Positions 38,337 to 48,442 of a stretch of 64,000 bases of DNA are shown piece by piece. The position numbers and the translations under genes were made by a program. Each line of letters starts with the position of its first letter. Position 1 is the stretch's first letter. Below the pieces are notes generated by a model. That model ran no database searches, was not told the origin of the DNA, and saw nothing but the letters and a program-made list of their open reading frames with translations. The stretch is from Nocardioidaceae bacterium. GTDB lineage: Bacteria > Actinomycetota > Actinomycetes > Propionibacteriales > Nocardioidaceae. The DNA is taken from contig DATHVS010000037.1 in the NCBI GenBank assembly GCA_035461195.1, forward strand, positions 70 through 64,069, read 5' to 3'.

Positions 38337-40700
38337 ATGACCGACCTCGAGCCCTCGCCGCGCCGCGGCTACGTGTTCGCGCTCGGTGTGCTCACCGTCT
38401 GGACGTCGGTCGTCTCCGCCTTGGCGGCCTGGGCGAACCCGCCGGCCGACGAGTGGCTCTACTACCAGGTACGGGCACTGGAGCTTCCTGCGTTGCTCGA
38501 CCAACTCGACATCGTCCGGTCTCTGCCCGTCATCGCGCTGCTGGCGCTGCCTGGCCTCCTCGGGTGGCGCTGCCGGGCCCACGTGGCGGGCTACCTCCTG
38601 GCACTGATCGGCGCGGTCGGTGTCGGATTCCTCCTGCAGGCGGTGGTCTCCCGGCCACGTCCGTTCGACTCCTACCTGACCGGCTCCGACAGCTACCCGA
38701 GCGTGGCGGTGGCGGCGCTCGCCGTCCTGGCGCTGATGGTCCCCGTCAGCCTGCACCTGCTCACCCGCAGCCGCGCACTCGCCGCGACTGCCGGTGTCGT
38801 GCTCTGGTTGCTCGTGATCGGCACGTCGTTGCAAGAGGTCTCGGCAGCGCTGCGCTGGCCACTGGACGTGCTGGGAGCCGCATCCCTCGGCGCTCTCGCT
38901 GCGGTGGCGGCCCTGGCCGTCGTACGACATCCGTCGAGTCTCCACGCCCGCTGCGACGACTGCGGCTGGCACGGGGAGGGCTCGGCTGGGCCGCCCCCGG
39001 AGCCGGCGCTCGAAGGCCGGCAGCACCCGCTCTACCGGGCTGCGCTGGTCTGGAGCCTCCTCCTGGCGGCTGTCTTCGGCTACCTCGCCGTCACCCGCGG
39101 CATCCCCCGCATCCCCGAGTCCGGGGTGATGGGCTACGGCCTGGAGATACCGCTCAACATCGCCCTGGTCGCGCTGATCGTGGTCGGGGTGCTGGTCGCT
39201 GCACGCTGGCACGTGACCGGGGCGATCCTGGTCGCCTTCTTCGCGACCCTGCTCGGCTACGCCTCCTCGGTGCAGTACGCACCGTGGGTGGCGCTGGTCG
39301 TCGCCATAGCAGGGTTCGTGCCCGCGCTCCTGCTGTGGCTGCAGTGGCACCGGGTGGCCACCCTGCGCTCTGCCCTGGCCGTCGCCGTCACGACCGCGGT
39401 CGTGCTCAGCGGGCTCGTCTACTTCGCGGGCACCAACTACAGCACCAACTGGGGACCGACCCACGCGACCTCGACCACCCCCGCGGCACCTGGCGACGTG
39501 ATCGACTGGATGTGGTCCGGCGCGGTCACCGACACCGGTGTCACCGTGAGGGCGAGGACCGAGGACGACGCCGACCGGGTCCGGCTGGTCGTCGGGGGGA
39601 CCACCGAGCTGGCCGACCCGGTGTACTCCGAGCCGCAGCGCTCCGAGGAGTCCTCCGGGCACGTGGTCTCGCTGACCGTCGACGGGCTGACACCCGATCG
39701 GGACTACTACTACGCCCTCGAGCTCGACGGCGAGGTCTACCGCGGGCGGGTCGGTCACTTCGCGACCTTCCCGCGGGGCCCGGCGTCGTTCACCTTCGCG
39801 TTCGCCTCCTGCTCGCGAACCGGCTCAAACGGCGTGGTGTACGACGTGATCCGCCACCAGCGGCCGTTGTTCTTCCTCAACCACGGCGACTGGTACTACG
39901 GCGACGTGGACCGCAACGACACGACCATGGTCCGCCGCCAGTACGACGCGAACCTGTCCTCCCCGGCCCAGGCCGCCCTCTACGCATCCACCTCGTTCGC
40001 CTACGTGTGGGACGACCACGACTTCGGCGGGAACGACGCCGACAGCACCGCCGCGGCCAAGCCGGCGACGATGGAGATCTACCGCTCGTTCGTCCCCCAC
40101 TACCCGCTGCGGGGAGGTCCGGAGTCGGCGATCTTCCAGACGTTCACGGTCGGCGACGTGCGGTTCATCCTCACCGACCCGCGGTCCGCCCGGGACGCTC
40201 CGGATGAACCACCACGGTCGATGCTCGGCGAGGAGCAGCTCGGCTGGCTCCTGGACGAGATCGAGCAGGCCGACCGCTACGGTCTCGTCGTGTGGGCCAA
40301 CGGGGCGCCCTGGGTTGGCGAGCCCGACCCGACCTCCGACAGGTGGCCCGCCTTCGCCGAGGAGCGCCGCACGATCGGGAATGCCATCGCCGACAACGGC
40401 GTCGACAACCTGCTCATGATCAGCGGCGACGCGCACATGCTCGCCTACGACGACGGGACGAACACCGACTACTCGGACTCCGGGAACGCAGGCTTCCCGC
40501 TGTTCCACGCCGCGTCGCTGGACCGGAAGGGCAGCGTCAAGGGCGGCCCCTACACCGGACCGGTGATCCCCGGCGGCGGCCAGTTCGGCCTGGTCACCGT
40601 CCGTGACGACGGGACCCGGGTCCGGGTCACGATGGAGGGCATGACCTGGCAGGAGGAGGTCCTGTTCACGCGCACCTTCACCGTCGTTCGCACGCAATGA
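38337..40700 (+). CDS. Polytopic membrane protein: degenerate PAP2-like domain fused to PhoD alkaline phosphatase
   Basis: SRPRP, YPS, WPLDVLG PAP2 remnants; GDWYYGD, WDDHDF, DPRSAR, ISGDAH PhoD motifs. Confidence 0.82.
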   Translation: MTDLEPSPRRGYVFALGVLTVWTSVVSALAAWANPPADEWLYYQVRALELPALLDQLDIVRSLPVIALLALPGLLGWRCRAHVAGYLLALIGAVGVGFLLQAVVSRPRPFDSYLTGSDSYPSVAVAALAVLALMVPVSLHLLTRSRALAATAGVVLWLLVIGTSLQEVSAALRWPLDVLGAASLGALAAVAALAVVRHPSSLHARCDDCGWHGEGSAGPPPEPALEGRQHPLYRAALVWSLLLAAVFGYLAVTRGIPRIPESGVMGYGLEIPLNIALVALIVVGVLVAARWHVTGAILVAFFATLLGYASSVQYAPWVALVVAIAGFVPALLLWLQWHRVATLRSALAVAVTTAVVLSGLVYFAGTNYSTNWGPTHATSTTPAAPGDVIDWMWSGAVTDTGVTVRARTEDDADRVRLVVGGTTELADPVYSEPQRSEESSGHVVSLTVDGLTPDRDYYYALELDGEVYRGRVGHFATFPRGPASFTFAFASCSRTGSNGVVYDVIRHQRPLFFLNHGDWYYGDVDRNDTTMVRRQYDANLSSPAQAALYASTSFAYVWDDHDFGGNDADSTAAAKPATMEIYRSFVPHYPLRGGPESAIFQTFTVGDVRFILTDPRSARDAPDEPPRSMLGEEQLGWLLDEIEQADRYGLVVWANGAPWVGEPDPTSDRWPAFAEERRTIGNAIADNGVDNLLMISGDAHMLAYDDGTNTDYSDSGNAGFPLFHAASLDRKGSVKGGPYTGPVIPGGGQFGLVTVRDDGTRVRVTMEGMTWQEEVLFTRTFTVVRTQ

Positions 40701-40710
40701 TCGCGGCGGG

Positions 40711-42276
40711 TCACCGGGCGCCGGCGAGGTCGAGCCACGCACCTAGCTGGGCCGGGTCGGCCTCCCCGCAGCGGAACCCGACGTGGCCGTCGGGCCGCAC
40801 CGCGACCAGTCCCCGGCCGGGGGTGCCCAGCCGGTGCACCGTCACGTGTGGCCCGAGGAGGGCCGCGTCGAGGTCCCGGGCGTCACGCTCCAGCAGGACG
40901 TGCACCCCCGGCCGGGCAGTCAGGTCGTGCAGCCGGGCCGTCCCCCCGGCGTACGCCACCGACTGGTCCGGCAGCCGGTCACCAGGTCGCGTCCGGCTGT
41001 CACCCCGCGGGGTCCCCTCCACCGAGAGCGGGCTGTGCCGGTAGCGCACCCAGCGCTGCGACAGCACCCGCACCACCTCGGCCATGAGACGTGGTTGTCC
41101 CAGCAGCAATGGGAAAGCGGGCGCCGCCAGCGGGACCAGGCGCCCGCGCAGGAAAGCCGGGAGCGGGTTCGTCGAGGCCTCGGCGAAGAACACCAGGTGG
41201 GTGAGGGCGAGGACCTGGCGGGCGACCGGCCGGCGCTCCTGGCCGTACGACGCGAGCAGGCGGGCGTTCGTGCCGTCGGCCGACGCGAAGGCCAGCTTCC
41301 AGCCGAGGTTCACCGCGTCCAGGATGCCGGTGTTCATGCCCTGCGCGGCGGCCGGCGAGTGCGCGTGCGCTGCGTCGCCGGCGAGGAACAGCGGTCCCCG
41401 GCGGAAGGCGTCGGCGAGCCGGTGCTGGAGCCGCACCTGCGCCGACCAGCGCATCTCGGTGACCGCAGCGTCGAGCCCGGCCGCGTCCAGCAGCTCCTGT
41501 ACGTCGGAGGCCGGGACCTCGTGGCCGGGCTGCCCGAACGCGCTGTGCTCGTCGTGGCTCGGCCGGGTGGCCAGCACCCGCCACGAGGCCCCCTCCCCGA
41601 GGGCGAACACGAACACCAGGCCCTCCCTGCCGGCCACGACGTGGAGCACGTCCGGCTCGAGGTCTCCCTCGAGCTCCACATCGGCGAGGACCACCTCCTC
41701 GCGGTAGGCACCTCCGTGCCACCCGATCCGGGCCAGGCCACGGACAGTGCTTGCCGGGCCGTCGCACCCGGCGACGAACCTGCAGGTCACCTCCTCAGGA
41801 CCGCTCTGGGAACGGAGGGCCGCCCGCACCGGCTCGCCTTCGGGACCCGGGGCGAGGCCCACCAGCTCGGTGCCGCGCTCGACCTGGACACCGCGTTTCA
41901 CGAGCGCCTGCGCGAGCACCTCCTCGGCGTCCATCTGGCGCAGCAGGGTCAGGTGGGGGAAGGCGGTGTCGGGCAGGGCCACGTCGGCGAGCTGCGCGGC
42001 GACCACCTTGCCACCCAGGTGCAGCCGGGCCTTCGGGGAGACGTCGCCGCGGTCGACGAGCTCCTCGGTCACCCCAAGAGGGCGCAGGCTCTCCAGGGCG
42101 CGCGGGTGCATGATCATCGCCCGCGACGGCCGGAACGCCTCGGGTCGACGCTCGACGACCCGCACCGAGGCCCCGTGGTCGTGGGCCTGGAGGGCGGCCG
42201 CGAGCCCCGTCGGTCCGGCACCGACGACGAGCACGTCCGGGCGTGAGCTCAGGCCACCGCGACGACGCGCCACCAT
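40711..42276 (-). CDS. FAD-dependent monooxygenase (PheA/TfdB, aromatic hydroxylase type)
   Basis: [42 protein letters not shown]. Confidence 0.9.
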   Translation of the reverse strand: MVARRRGGLSSRPDVLVVGAGPTGLAAALQAHDHGASVRVVERRPEAFRPSRAMIMHPRALESLRPLGVTEELVDRGDVSPKARLHLGGKVVAAQLADVALPDTAFPHLTLLRQMDAEEVLAQALVKRGVQVERGTELVGLAPGPEGEPVRAALRSQSGPEEVTCRFVAGCDGPASTVRGLARIGWHGGAYREEVVLADVELEGDLEPDVLHVVAGREGLVFVFALGEGASWRVLATRPSHDEHSAFGQPGHEVPASDVQELLDAAGLDAAVTEMRWSAQVRLQHRLADAFRRGPLFLAGDAAHAHSPAAAQGMNTGILDAVNLGWKLAFASADGTNARLLASYGQERRPVARQVLALTHLVFFAEASTNPLPAFLRGRLVPLAAPAFPLLLGQPRLMAEVVRVLSQRWVRYRHSPLSVEGTPRGDSRTRPGDRLPDQSVAYAGGTARLHDLTARPGVHVLLERDARDLDAALLGPHVTVHRLGTPGRGLVAVRPDGHVGFRCGEADPAQLGAWLDLAGAR

Positions 42277-42815
42277 GACTCCCTCTCGTGCCGGAGGTGG
42301 CCGTCGAGCCGTGTGGGCTCGGCCAGGACGTCGTCGCGGCGCAGGCCGGGCAGGACCCGGAAGTCGATCGACCCCCTCTCGCTGACGAGCTCGAGCACAC
42401 GCCACAGGGCACGGGCGTAGTCCTCCGCCCTGCCTGGGCCGTCCCATTCGTAGAGACCCCGGTAGGTACCGTGCGCGTCGTGCGCGAGCCAGAGCTTGGA
42501 CACGAAGCCGGGGAAGCCCACGAACAGCGGGGTGTTGAGCAGGCTCTCGCGCTCGAAGGCCGCATGTCCGCGGCCGTGGACACCTCTCAGCCTGAAGGCC
42601 ACGAGCAGCACGCAGGGGTCGGCGGCAGGGGGACGGTCCACGACCGTCTCACGAAAGACGCGGCCCTCGTTGCCGTCCGCGAACCGGATGACCCGGCCGA
42701 CGTGGTCGGCTCGACGGTGGATGCGCCCCTGGGTGAGCAACCCCATCGAGGAGGCGACGCAACGTGCCACGCCTCGCCAGGCGGTGGCGTGCGGAAGCGG
42801 TCTCGGATGGCTCAC
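42249..42815 (-). CDS. Hypothetical protein with YdhR-like (dimeric alpha-beta barrel monooxygenase) C-terminus
   Basis: GFPGFVSKLW..TYRGLYEWD resembles YdhR core; start uncertain. Confidence 0.55.
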   Translation of the reverse strand: MSHPRPLPHATAWRGVARCVASSMGLLTQGRIHRRADHVGRVIRFADGNEGRVFRETVVDRPPAADPCVLLVAFRLRGVHGRGHAAFERESLLNTPLFVGFPGFVSKLWLAHDAHGTYRGLYEWDGPGRAEDYARALWRVLELVSERGSIDFRVLPGLRRDDVLAEPTRLDGHLRHERESWWRVVAVA

Positions 42816-42953
42816 AGCGCCTCCCCCAGCATCGAAGTCCGACTCCAGCATGCGGGGGCACCGGCCCGGTGGACCAGTCAGCCACCAAAAATGACCCGGT
42901 CGGGCCGGTTCCGCAGTCCTAGAATCGGGCGGATCCTGTGGGCGAGGGAGGAC

Positions 42954-45788
42954 ATGCAGGTCGACGTACGCCTCCTCGGCGGCTTCGAGGTCGCCGTCGA
43001 CGGCGAGCAGGTCCCGGCAGACGCCTGGCGGCGACGTGCCGCCGCGTCGCTGGTGAAGCTGCTTGCGCTTCAGCCGGGCCGGCGGATGCTGCGCGAGCAG
43101 GTCATGGACGCTCTGTGGCCCGATCTCCTCGTCGACGAGGCGGCGCCCCGGCTCCACAAGGCGGCGCACTACGCCCGCGCCGCCCTCGGCGTACGTGACG
43201 CCCTCGTCCTGAGCGGCGACCTGGTCTGCCTGCTGCCGGGGGCAGACGTTCGGCTCGACATCGACGCGTTCGACCGGGCGGCGGCCGCTGCTGCCGGGCA
43301 GTCCGACCCCACCGTCGCGGAGCAGGCTCTCGGGCACTACCGCGGTGACCTGCTGCCTTCAGACCTGTACGAACCCTGGACGGACGAGGCCCGAGAGACC
43401 CGGCGCCTGCGCCACCACGAGCTGCTACGTCAGGCAGGCCGCTGGGAGGAGCTCCTCGAGGCCGACCCGGTCGACGAGGAGGCCCACCTGCGCGTCATGC
43501 GCGAGCGGCTCGAGCGGCGGGACCGCCGAGCCGTCCTCCGCCAGTTCGAGCGTCTGGAGAAGGCGCTGGACGCGGAGCTGGGGGTGTCCCCGGGCGAGGC
43601 TGCGCACGCACTCCGTGAGGAGGCACTCGCGCTGCCGGTCGAGGACGCGACCGGAAGACCGGCGGGCCGTCGGGCGACGCCGGTCCCGTTGCCGCCCACC
43701 CGGACCATCGGTCGAGAGCTCGACATCGCCCAGGTGCTCGACCGGCTCGAGCGGTCGAGGATCGTGACCCTGCTGGGACCCGGTGGCGTCGGCAAGACCA
43801 GGCTCGCTGTCGAGGCTGCGCTCAGACACAGCGAGACGCAGTCGGTCGAGGCCTGCTTCGTGGACCTCACCCAGGTCGACCGGCCAGAGCTGGTTCCCGA
43901 GCTCGTGGTCCGCGAGCTCGGCGTGCACAACGGCTCGCAGGCCGACACCCGCAACCTCCTGCGCGAGGCGCTACGCGGACGATCGCTGCTGCTGGTGCTC
44001 GACAACTACGAGCATGTCGTCGAGGCCGGCGGCCTCGTCGGCGAGATCGTCTCGTGGTCCGACGGGGTTCGCGTCCTCTGCACCAGCCGCGCGCGCCTGA
44101 ACGTGGCAGGGGAGCACGTGCTCGACGTCGCCCCGCTGCCGGTCGACGACTACGGCGACGACGTCCTGGTCCCCTCCCGCGGTCCCGGCGACGCCGTGGA
44201 GCTCTTCGCCCAGGTCGCCTCCGCGGTGGACCCGGTCTTCGACCTGGCCCACAACCTGGACGACCTGGTGGCGATCTGCCGGACGCTGGACGGGCTGCCG
44301 CTCGCCATCGAGCTCGCTGCGGGCCACGTGCGCACCCTGCCCCCTCCGCTGCTGCGGACCCGGCTCGCGACGCGGCTGGGGTCGTCCTCGGGAGCACGCC
44401 GCGACGCACCCGCGCGTCAACAGACCATCCCCGCGACCATCGACTGGAGCCTCCAGCTGCTCGGACCCGAGGAGCGGCGGCTGTTCGCACGCCTCGGTGT
44501 CTTCGCCGCCGCGGTGCCGCTCCAGGCCGTGGAGCGCGTCTGCAGCGACGCGACGTGCGAGGTCCTCGACGCCCTCGGCAGGCTCGTGGACCAGAGCCTG
44601 GTCCGCCGTCTCCCCGGCCCCCGCGAGGGTGAGTGGCGCTTCGGCCTGCTCGAGCTGATGCGCGAACGGGCCCGCGACCTCCTCGTCGGCGACGAGCGAA
44701 CCTGGGTCGAGGAGCAGCACGCCCGGTACGTCGCCGAGGTGACCGACGAGCTCGACGAGCACCGGTGGACCCTGGCCGCCGACCGGTGGATCGACCTCAC
44801 CATGGAGTTCCTCCCGGAGATCCGACTCGCCCGGGCCTGGGCCGAGAAGCACGACGAGGTCGAGCTCGCCGCCCGCCTCGCCGCCGACCTCGGCACCTTC
44901 TGGCACCGCGAGGGCCACTACGCCGAGGGGCGCAGGTGGGTCACGGAGTCGCTCGCGCACGCCGCCGAGCTCGACGACGAGCTCGTCGCCCGGCTCCACC
45001 TCGCCGCCGGGTTCGTCGAGTGGCCCCGCGACCAGCGCGTGGCGCGGCGACACTGGAAGGACGCAGTCCAGCGCTTCCGCAGGCAGGGCAACCGCCGTTA
45101 CCTGGCCTACTCGCTCGGCCTGACCTCGGGCACCTACATCGGAGAGCGGGATCGCTACGACGTCGCGATGCGGCTGTGCGACGAGTCGATCGGGCTCGCC
45201 CGTGAGGTCGGGGAGCGCCCGTTGATCGCGCAGTCGCTGAACATCAAGGGCGAGCTCGCCCGCGTCCAGGGCGACGACGACACGGCGTACGTGGCGTACG
45301 CCGAGGGGCGCGACCTCGCCGTCGCGGCCCACGACCGCGCCCACCTGAGCGCCTTCCTGGCGAACCTCAGCTACCTCGCGGACCACCGCGGGGAGTACGA
45401 CGAGGCGCGCCGCCTCGGCTGTGAGTCGCTGCGGATGTCGTGGGCACGGGGGCGTCGGATGATGTCGGCCTGGTCGATCTCCGAGCTCGCCGGCCCCGAG
45501 CTCGGCCTGGGGAGGCCCGAGCGGGGCGCCGTCCTGGTCGGAGCGGCCGACCACGCACTGGAGATGCTCGGTGTCACCCGGCACCCCGGTGACCGGCCGG
45601 AGCACGAGCGGGTCGTCGCGGGACTCCGCGCCGCCCTGGGCGAGGCGGTGTTCACGCGCCTGCGCGCGGAGGGCGCGCAGCTGTCCCTGCCCGAGGCAGT
45701 GGCCCTCGCCCTCTCCGACGGTCGCGGGACCGAGGTCCGCCCGCAGCGGAGCGGCGGCCGTCGCGCGCGGGTTCCCTCAGGCGTCTAG
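42954..45788 (+). CDS. AfsR-like large regulator (wHTH-BTAD-NB-ARC ATPase-TPR)
   Basis: RLLGGF, YRGDLLP..EPW, DPVDE..H, GPGGVGKT, LVLDNYEH, LDGLPLAIELAA, TPR-like C-terminus. Confidence 0.88.
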   Translation: MQVDVRLLGGFEVAVDGEQVPADAWRRRAAASLVKLLALQPGRRMLREQVMDALWPDLLVDEAAPRLHKAAHYARAALGVRDALVLSGDLVCLLPGADVRLDIDAFDRAAAAAAGQSDPTVAEQALGHYRGDLLPSDLYEPWTDEARETRRLRHHELLRQAGRWEELLEADPVDEEAHLRVMRERLERRDRRAVLRQFERLEKALDAELGVSPGEAAHALREEALALPVEDATGRPAGRRATPVPLPPTRTIGRELDIAQVLDRLERSRIVTLLGPGGVGKTRLAVEAALRHSETQSVEACFVDLTQVDRPELVPELVVRELGVHNGSQADTRNLLREALRGRSLLLVLDNYEHVVEAGGLVGEIVSWSDGVRVLCTSRARLNVAGEHVLDVAPLPVDDYGDDVLVPSRGPGDAVELFAQVASAVDPVFDLAHNLDDLVAICRTLDGLPLAIELAAGHVRTLPPPLLRTRLATRLGSSSGARRDAPARQQTIPATIDWSLQLLGPEERRLFARLGVFAAAVPLQAVERVCSDATCEVLDALGRLVDQSLVRRLPGPREGEWRFGLLELMRERARDLLVGDERTWVEEQHARYVAEVTDELDEHRWTLAADRWIDLTMEFLPEIRLARAWAEKHDEVELAARLAADLGTFWHREGHYAEGRRWVTESLAHAAELDDELVARLHLAAGFVEWPRDQRVARRHWKDAVQRFRRQGNRRYLAYSLGLTSGTYIGERDRYDVAMRLCDESIGLAREVGERPLIAQSLNIKGELARVQGDDDTAYVAYAEGRDLAVAAHDRAHLSAFLANLSYLADHRGEYDEARRLGCESLRMSWARGRRMMSAWSISELAGPELGLGRPERGAVLVGAADHALEMLGVTRHPGDRPEHERVVAGLRAALGEAVFTRLRAEGAQLSLPEAVALALSDGRGTEVRPQRSGGRRARVPSGV

Positions 45789-45792
45789 ACGG

Positions 45793-45847
45793 TTTCCCCC
45801 ACGCTTCCCAGGGTGTAAGGCCGATGGAAGGCCGTGGGAAGGCGGCG
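45793..45847. repeat. 11-bp-period direct repeats (SARP/AfsR-type operator)
   Basis: GTAAGGCCGAT/GGAAGGCCGTG/GGAAGGCGGCG at 45815/45826/45837, plus inverted TTTCC/CTTCC at 45793/45804. Confidence 0.65.
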
Positions 45848-45889
45848 GGGCCAGTGTGGCGTCATCGGCACTGATCCCCGGAGGACACC

Positions 45890-46096
45890 ATGAACCACAT
45901 GCTCGCCAGCGACCTCCACGTCCAGGCGATACGGCAGGACCTCGAGCGCGAGCTCCGCGACCCCCACCGCGCCGCCCTGCGGGAGTGGAGGCGCCACCGC
46001 GCCGGGGAGCAACGGGCCGCCCGTCGACGTACCCTCGAGCGGGTCGGCGCACGGGTCCGGGGTGCCCTGGCGAACCTGCGTCCACGCCCGACGTGA
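45890..46096 (+). CDS. Small basic helical protein (68 aa)
   Basis: GGAGG RBS 5 nt before ATG, lies in intergenic gap. Confidence 0.7.
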   Translation: MNHMLASDLHVQAIRQDLERELRDPHRAALREWRRHRAGEQRAARRRTLERVGARVRGALANLRPRPT

Positions 46097-46210
46097 CGTA
46101 GGTCGCACGTCGCGCGACGACTGTCTCGAGGCGTCGCGGTGGGCACCTATCCTTGTCCGCGCATGTCCGGATATTCCACGCAGACAAGACATCACGGAGG
46201 TTCCCACCTG

Positions 46211-46774
46211 ATGGCACTCATCAACACGGAAGTGAAGCCGTTCCAGGCCACCGCTTTCCACAACGGCTCGTTCGTGGAGGTGGGCGACGAGAACCTGCGC
46301 GGCGCGTGGTCGGTGGTGTTCTTCTACCCGGCCGACTTCACGTTCGTGTGCCCGACCGAGCTCGGCGACCTCGCCGACGTCTACGAGGACTTCAAGATGA
46401 TGGGCGTCGAGGTGTACTCGGTCTCGACCGACACGCACTTCACCCACAAGGCGTGGCACGAGGCGTCGGACACCATCGCGAAGGTGCAGTACCCGATGAT
46501 CGGGGACCCGACCGGCACCATCACCAACAACTTCGAGGTGATGCGCGAGGGTCAGGGCCTTGCCGAGCGGGCGACGTTCGTGATCGACCCCGACGGGATC
46601 ATCCAGCTCGTGGAGATCACCTCAGAGGGCGTCGGTCGCAACGCCGTCGAGCTGCTCCGCAAGGTGAAGGCCGCGCAGTACGTCCGGGAGCACCCGAACG
46701 AGGTCTGCCCCGCGAAGTGGGAGGAGGGCGACGACACCCTCACCCCCGGCCTCGACCTCGTGGGCAAGATCTGA
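46211..46774 (+). CDS. ahpC: Alkyl hydroperoxide reductase C (2-Cys peroxiredoxin)
   Basis: [20 protein letters not shown]. Confidence 0.95.
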   Translation: MALINTEVKPFQATAFHNGSFVEVGDENLRGAWSVVFFYPADFTFVCPTELGDLADVYEDFKMMGVEVYSVSTDTHFTHKAWHEASDTIAKVQYPMIGDPTGTITNNFEVMREGQGLAERATFVIDPDGIIQLVEITSEGVGRNAVELLRKVKAAQYVREHPNEVCPAKWEEGDDTLTPGLDLVGKI

Positions 46775-46796
46775 GGTCGTAGGACCTCACCCGACA

Positions 46797-46830
46797 CGGC
46801 GCGGGACGGGCTCGGGCCCGTCCCGCGCCG
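46797..46830. other. Perfect 15-bp GC hairpin between ahpC and ahpF (terminator/mRNA stabiliser)
   Basis: CGGCGCGGGACGGGC-TCGG-GCCCGTCCCGCGCCG. Confidence 0.7.
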
Positions 46831-46882
46831 GCGTCGCGACCCCGGCCCGTCCCGCTCTCCGCCCCGCCCCAGGAGGTCCCCC

Positions 46883-48442
46883 GTGCCCGTGCTCGACCCT
46901 GCCGTCTCGAAGCAGCTCGCCACGCACCTGAAGCTCGTCCAGCGCCCGGTCGAGCTGGTCGCGTCCCTCGACGAGGGCGAGAAGTCTGCGCAGCTCGCCC
47001 AGCTCCTCGACGAGGTCGCCGCACTGTCCGACCAGGTCACCGTGCGCCACGACGGCCACGACGAACGACGGCCGTCCTTCGCGATCGTCCGCACCGGCAC
47101 CGACGTCTCCGTCGGCTTCGCCGGCCTGCCCCTCGGCCACGAGCTGACCTCGTTCGTGCTGGCCCTGCTCCAGGTTGGCGGGCACCCCCCGGCCGTCCCC
47201 GACGAGGTGGTCGCGCAGATCCAGGCCCTCGACGGTGAGCTCCGCTTCGAGACCTTTCTCTCCCTGTCCTGCCAGAACTGCCCCGACGTGGTCCAGGCGC
47301 TCAACCTGATGAGCGTGGTGAACCCCAGGATCAGCCACACCGCGATCGACGGCGCGCTGTTCCAGGACGAGGTCGAGGCCCGCGGTGTCATGGCGGTGCC
47401 GACGGTCCTCCTCGACGGCGAGTCCTTCGACCAGGGCCGGATGACGCTCGAGCAGATCCTCGCCAAGCTCGACACCAGCGCGTCCGAGGAGGCCGCGGAG
47501 GAGCTCGGCGACAAGGACCCGTTCGACGTGCTCGTGGTGGGGGCCGGGCCGGCAGGAGTGGCCGCCGCGATCTACGCGGCCCGCAAGGGAATCCGCACCG
47601 GCATGGTCGGCGAGCGTCTCGGCGGCCAGGTGCTCGACACGATGGCGATCGAGAACCTCGTCTCCGTCCCCTACACCGAGGGACCCAAGCTCGCCGCGCA
47701 GCTCGAGCAGCACGTCAGCGAGTACGACGTCGACGTCATGGACCTCCAGCGCGCCACCCGGCTCGTCCCGGCCGGTGCGCACGACCTCCACGCCGTGCAG
47801 CTGGACAACGGCGCGGTCCTCCGCGGCCGCTCCGTGGTCCTCGCGACCGGCGCCCGCTGGCGACAGATCGGCGTCCCCGGCGAGGACGAGTACCGCAACA
47901 AGGGGGTCACCTACTGTCCGCACTGCGACGGCCCGCTGTTCAGGGGCAAGCGGGTCGCGGTCGTCGGCGGCGGCAACTCCGGTGTGGAGGCCGCCATCGA
48001 CCTCGCCGGCGTCGTCGAGCACGTGACGCTGGTCGAGTACGACGACCGCCTCCGCGCCGACGACGTGCTCCAGCGCAAGCTGAACAGCCTGCCCAACGTC
48101 GACGTCGTGGTCAGCGCGAACACCACCGAGGTGCTCGGCGACGGCGTGCGCGTCACAGGGCTGAGGTACGACGACCGCGCCACCGGTGAGCAGCACGAGG
48201 TCGCGCTCGCAGGTGTCTTCGTCCAGATCGGCCTGCTGCCCAACACGGAGTGGCTCGAGGGCGCCATCGACCTGACCGACCGCAAAGAGGTCGTGGTCGA
48301 CGACCGTGGCGCCACCTCGGTCCCCGGTGTCTACGCCGCCGGCGACTGCACGACCGTGCCCCACAAGCAGATCGTGACCGCGATGGGCATGGGCTCGACC
48401 GCCGCGCTGTCGGCGTTCGACCACCTGATCCGTCAGGTGTGA
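46883..48442 (+). CDS. ahpF: Alkyl hydroperoxide reductase F
   Basis: N-terminal domain with SCQNCPD, GAGPAG, YCPHCDG, GGGNSG, AAGD. Confidence 0.95.
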   Translation: MPVLDPAVSKQLATHLKLVQRPVELVASLDEGEKSAQLAQLLDEVAALSDQVTVRHDGHDERRPSFAIVRTGTDVSVGFAGLPLGHELTSFVLALLQVGGHPPAVPDEVVAQIQALDGELRFETFLSLSCQNCPDVVQALNLMSVVNPRISHTAIDGALFQDEVEARGVMAVPTVLLDGESFDQGRMTLEQILAKLDTSASEEAAEELGDKDPFDVLVVGAGPAGVAAAIYAARKGIRTGMVGERLGGQVLDTMAIENLVSVPYTEGPKLAAQLEQHVSEYDVDVMDLQRATRLVPAGAHDLHAVQLDNGAVLRGRSVVLATGARWRQIGVPGEDEYRNKGVTYCPHCDGPLFRGKRVAVVGGGNSGVEAAIDLAGVVEHVTLVEYDDRLRADDVLQRKLNSLPNVDVVVSANTTEVLGDGVRVTGLRYDDRATGEQHEVALAGVFVQIGLLPNTEWLEGAIDLTDRKEVVVDDRGATSVPGVYAAGDCTTVPHKQIVTAMGMGSTAALSAFDHLIRQV

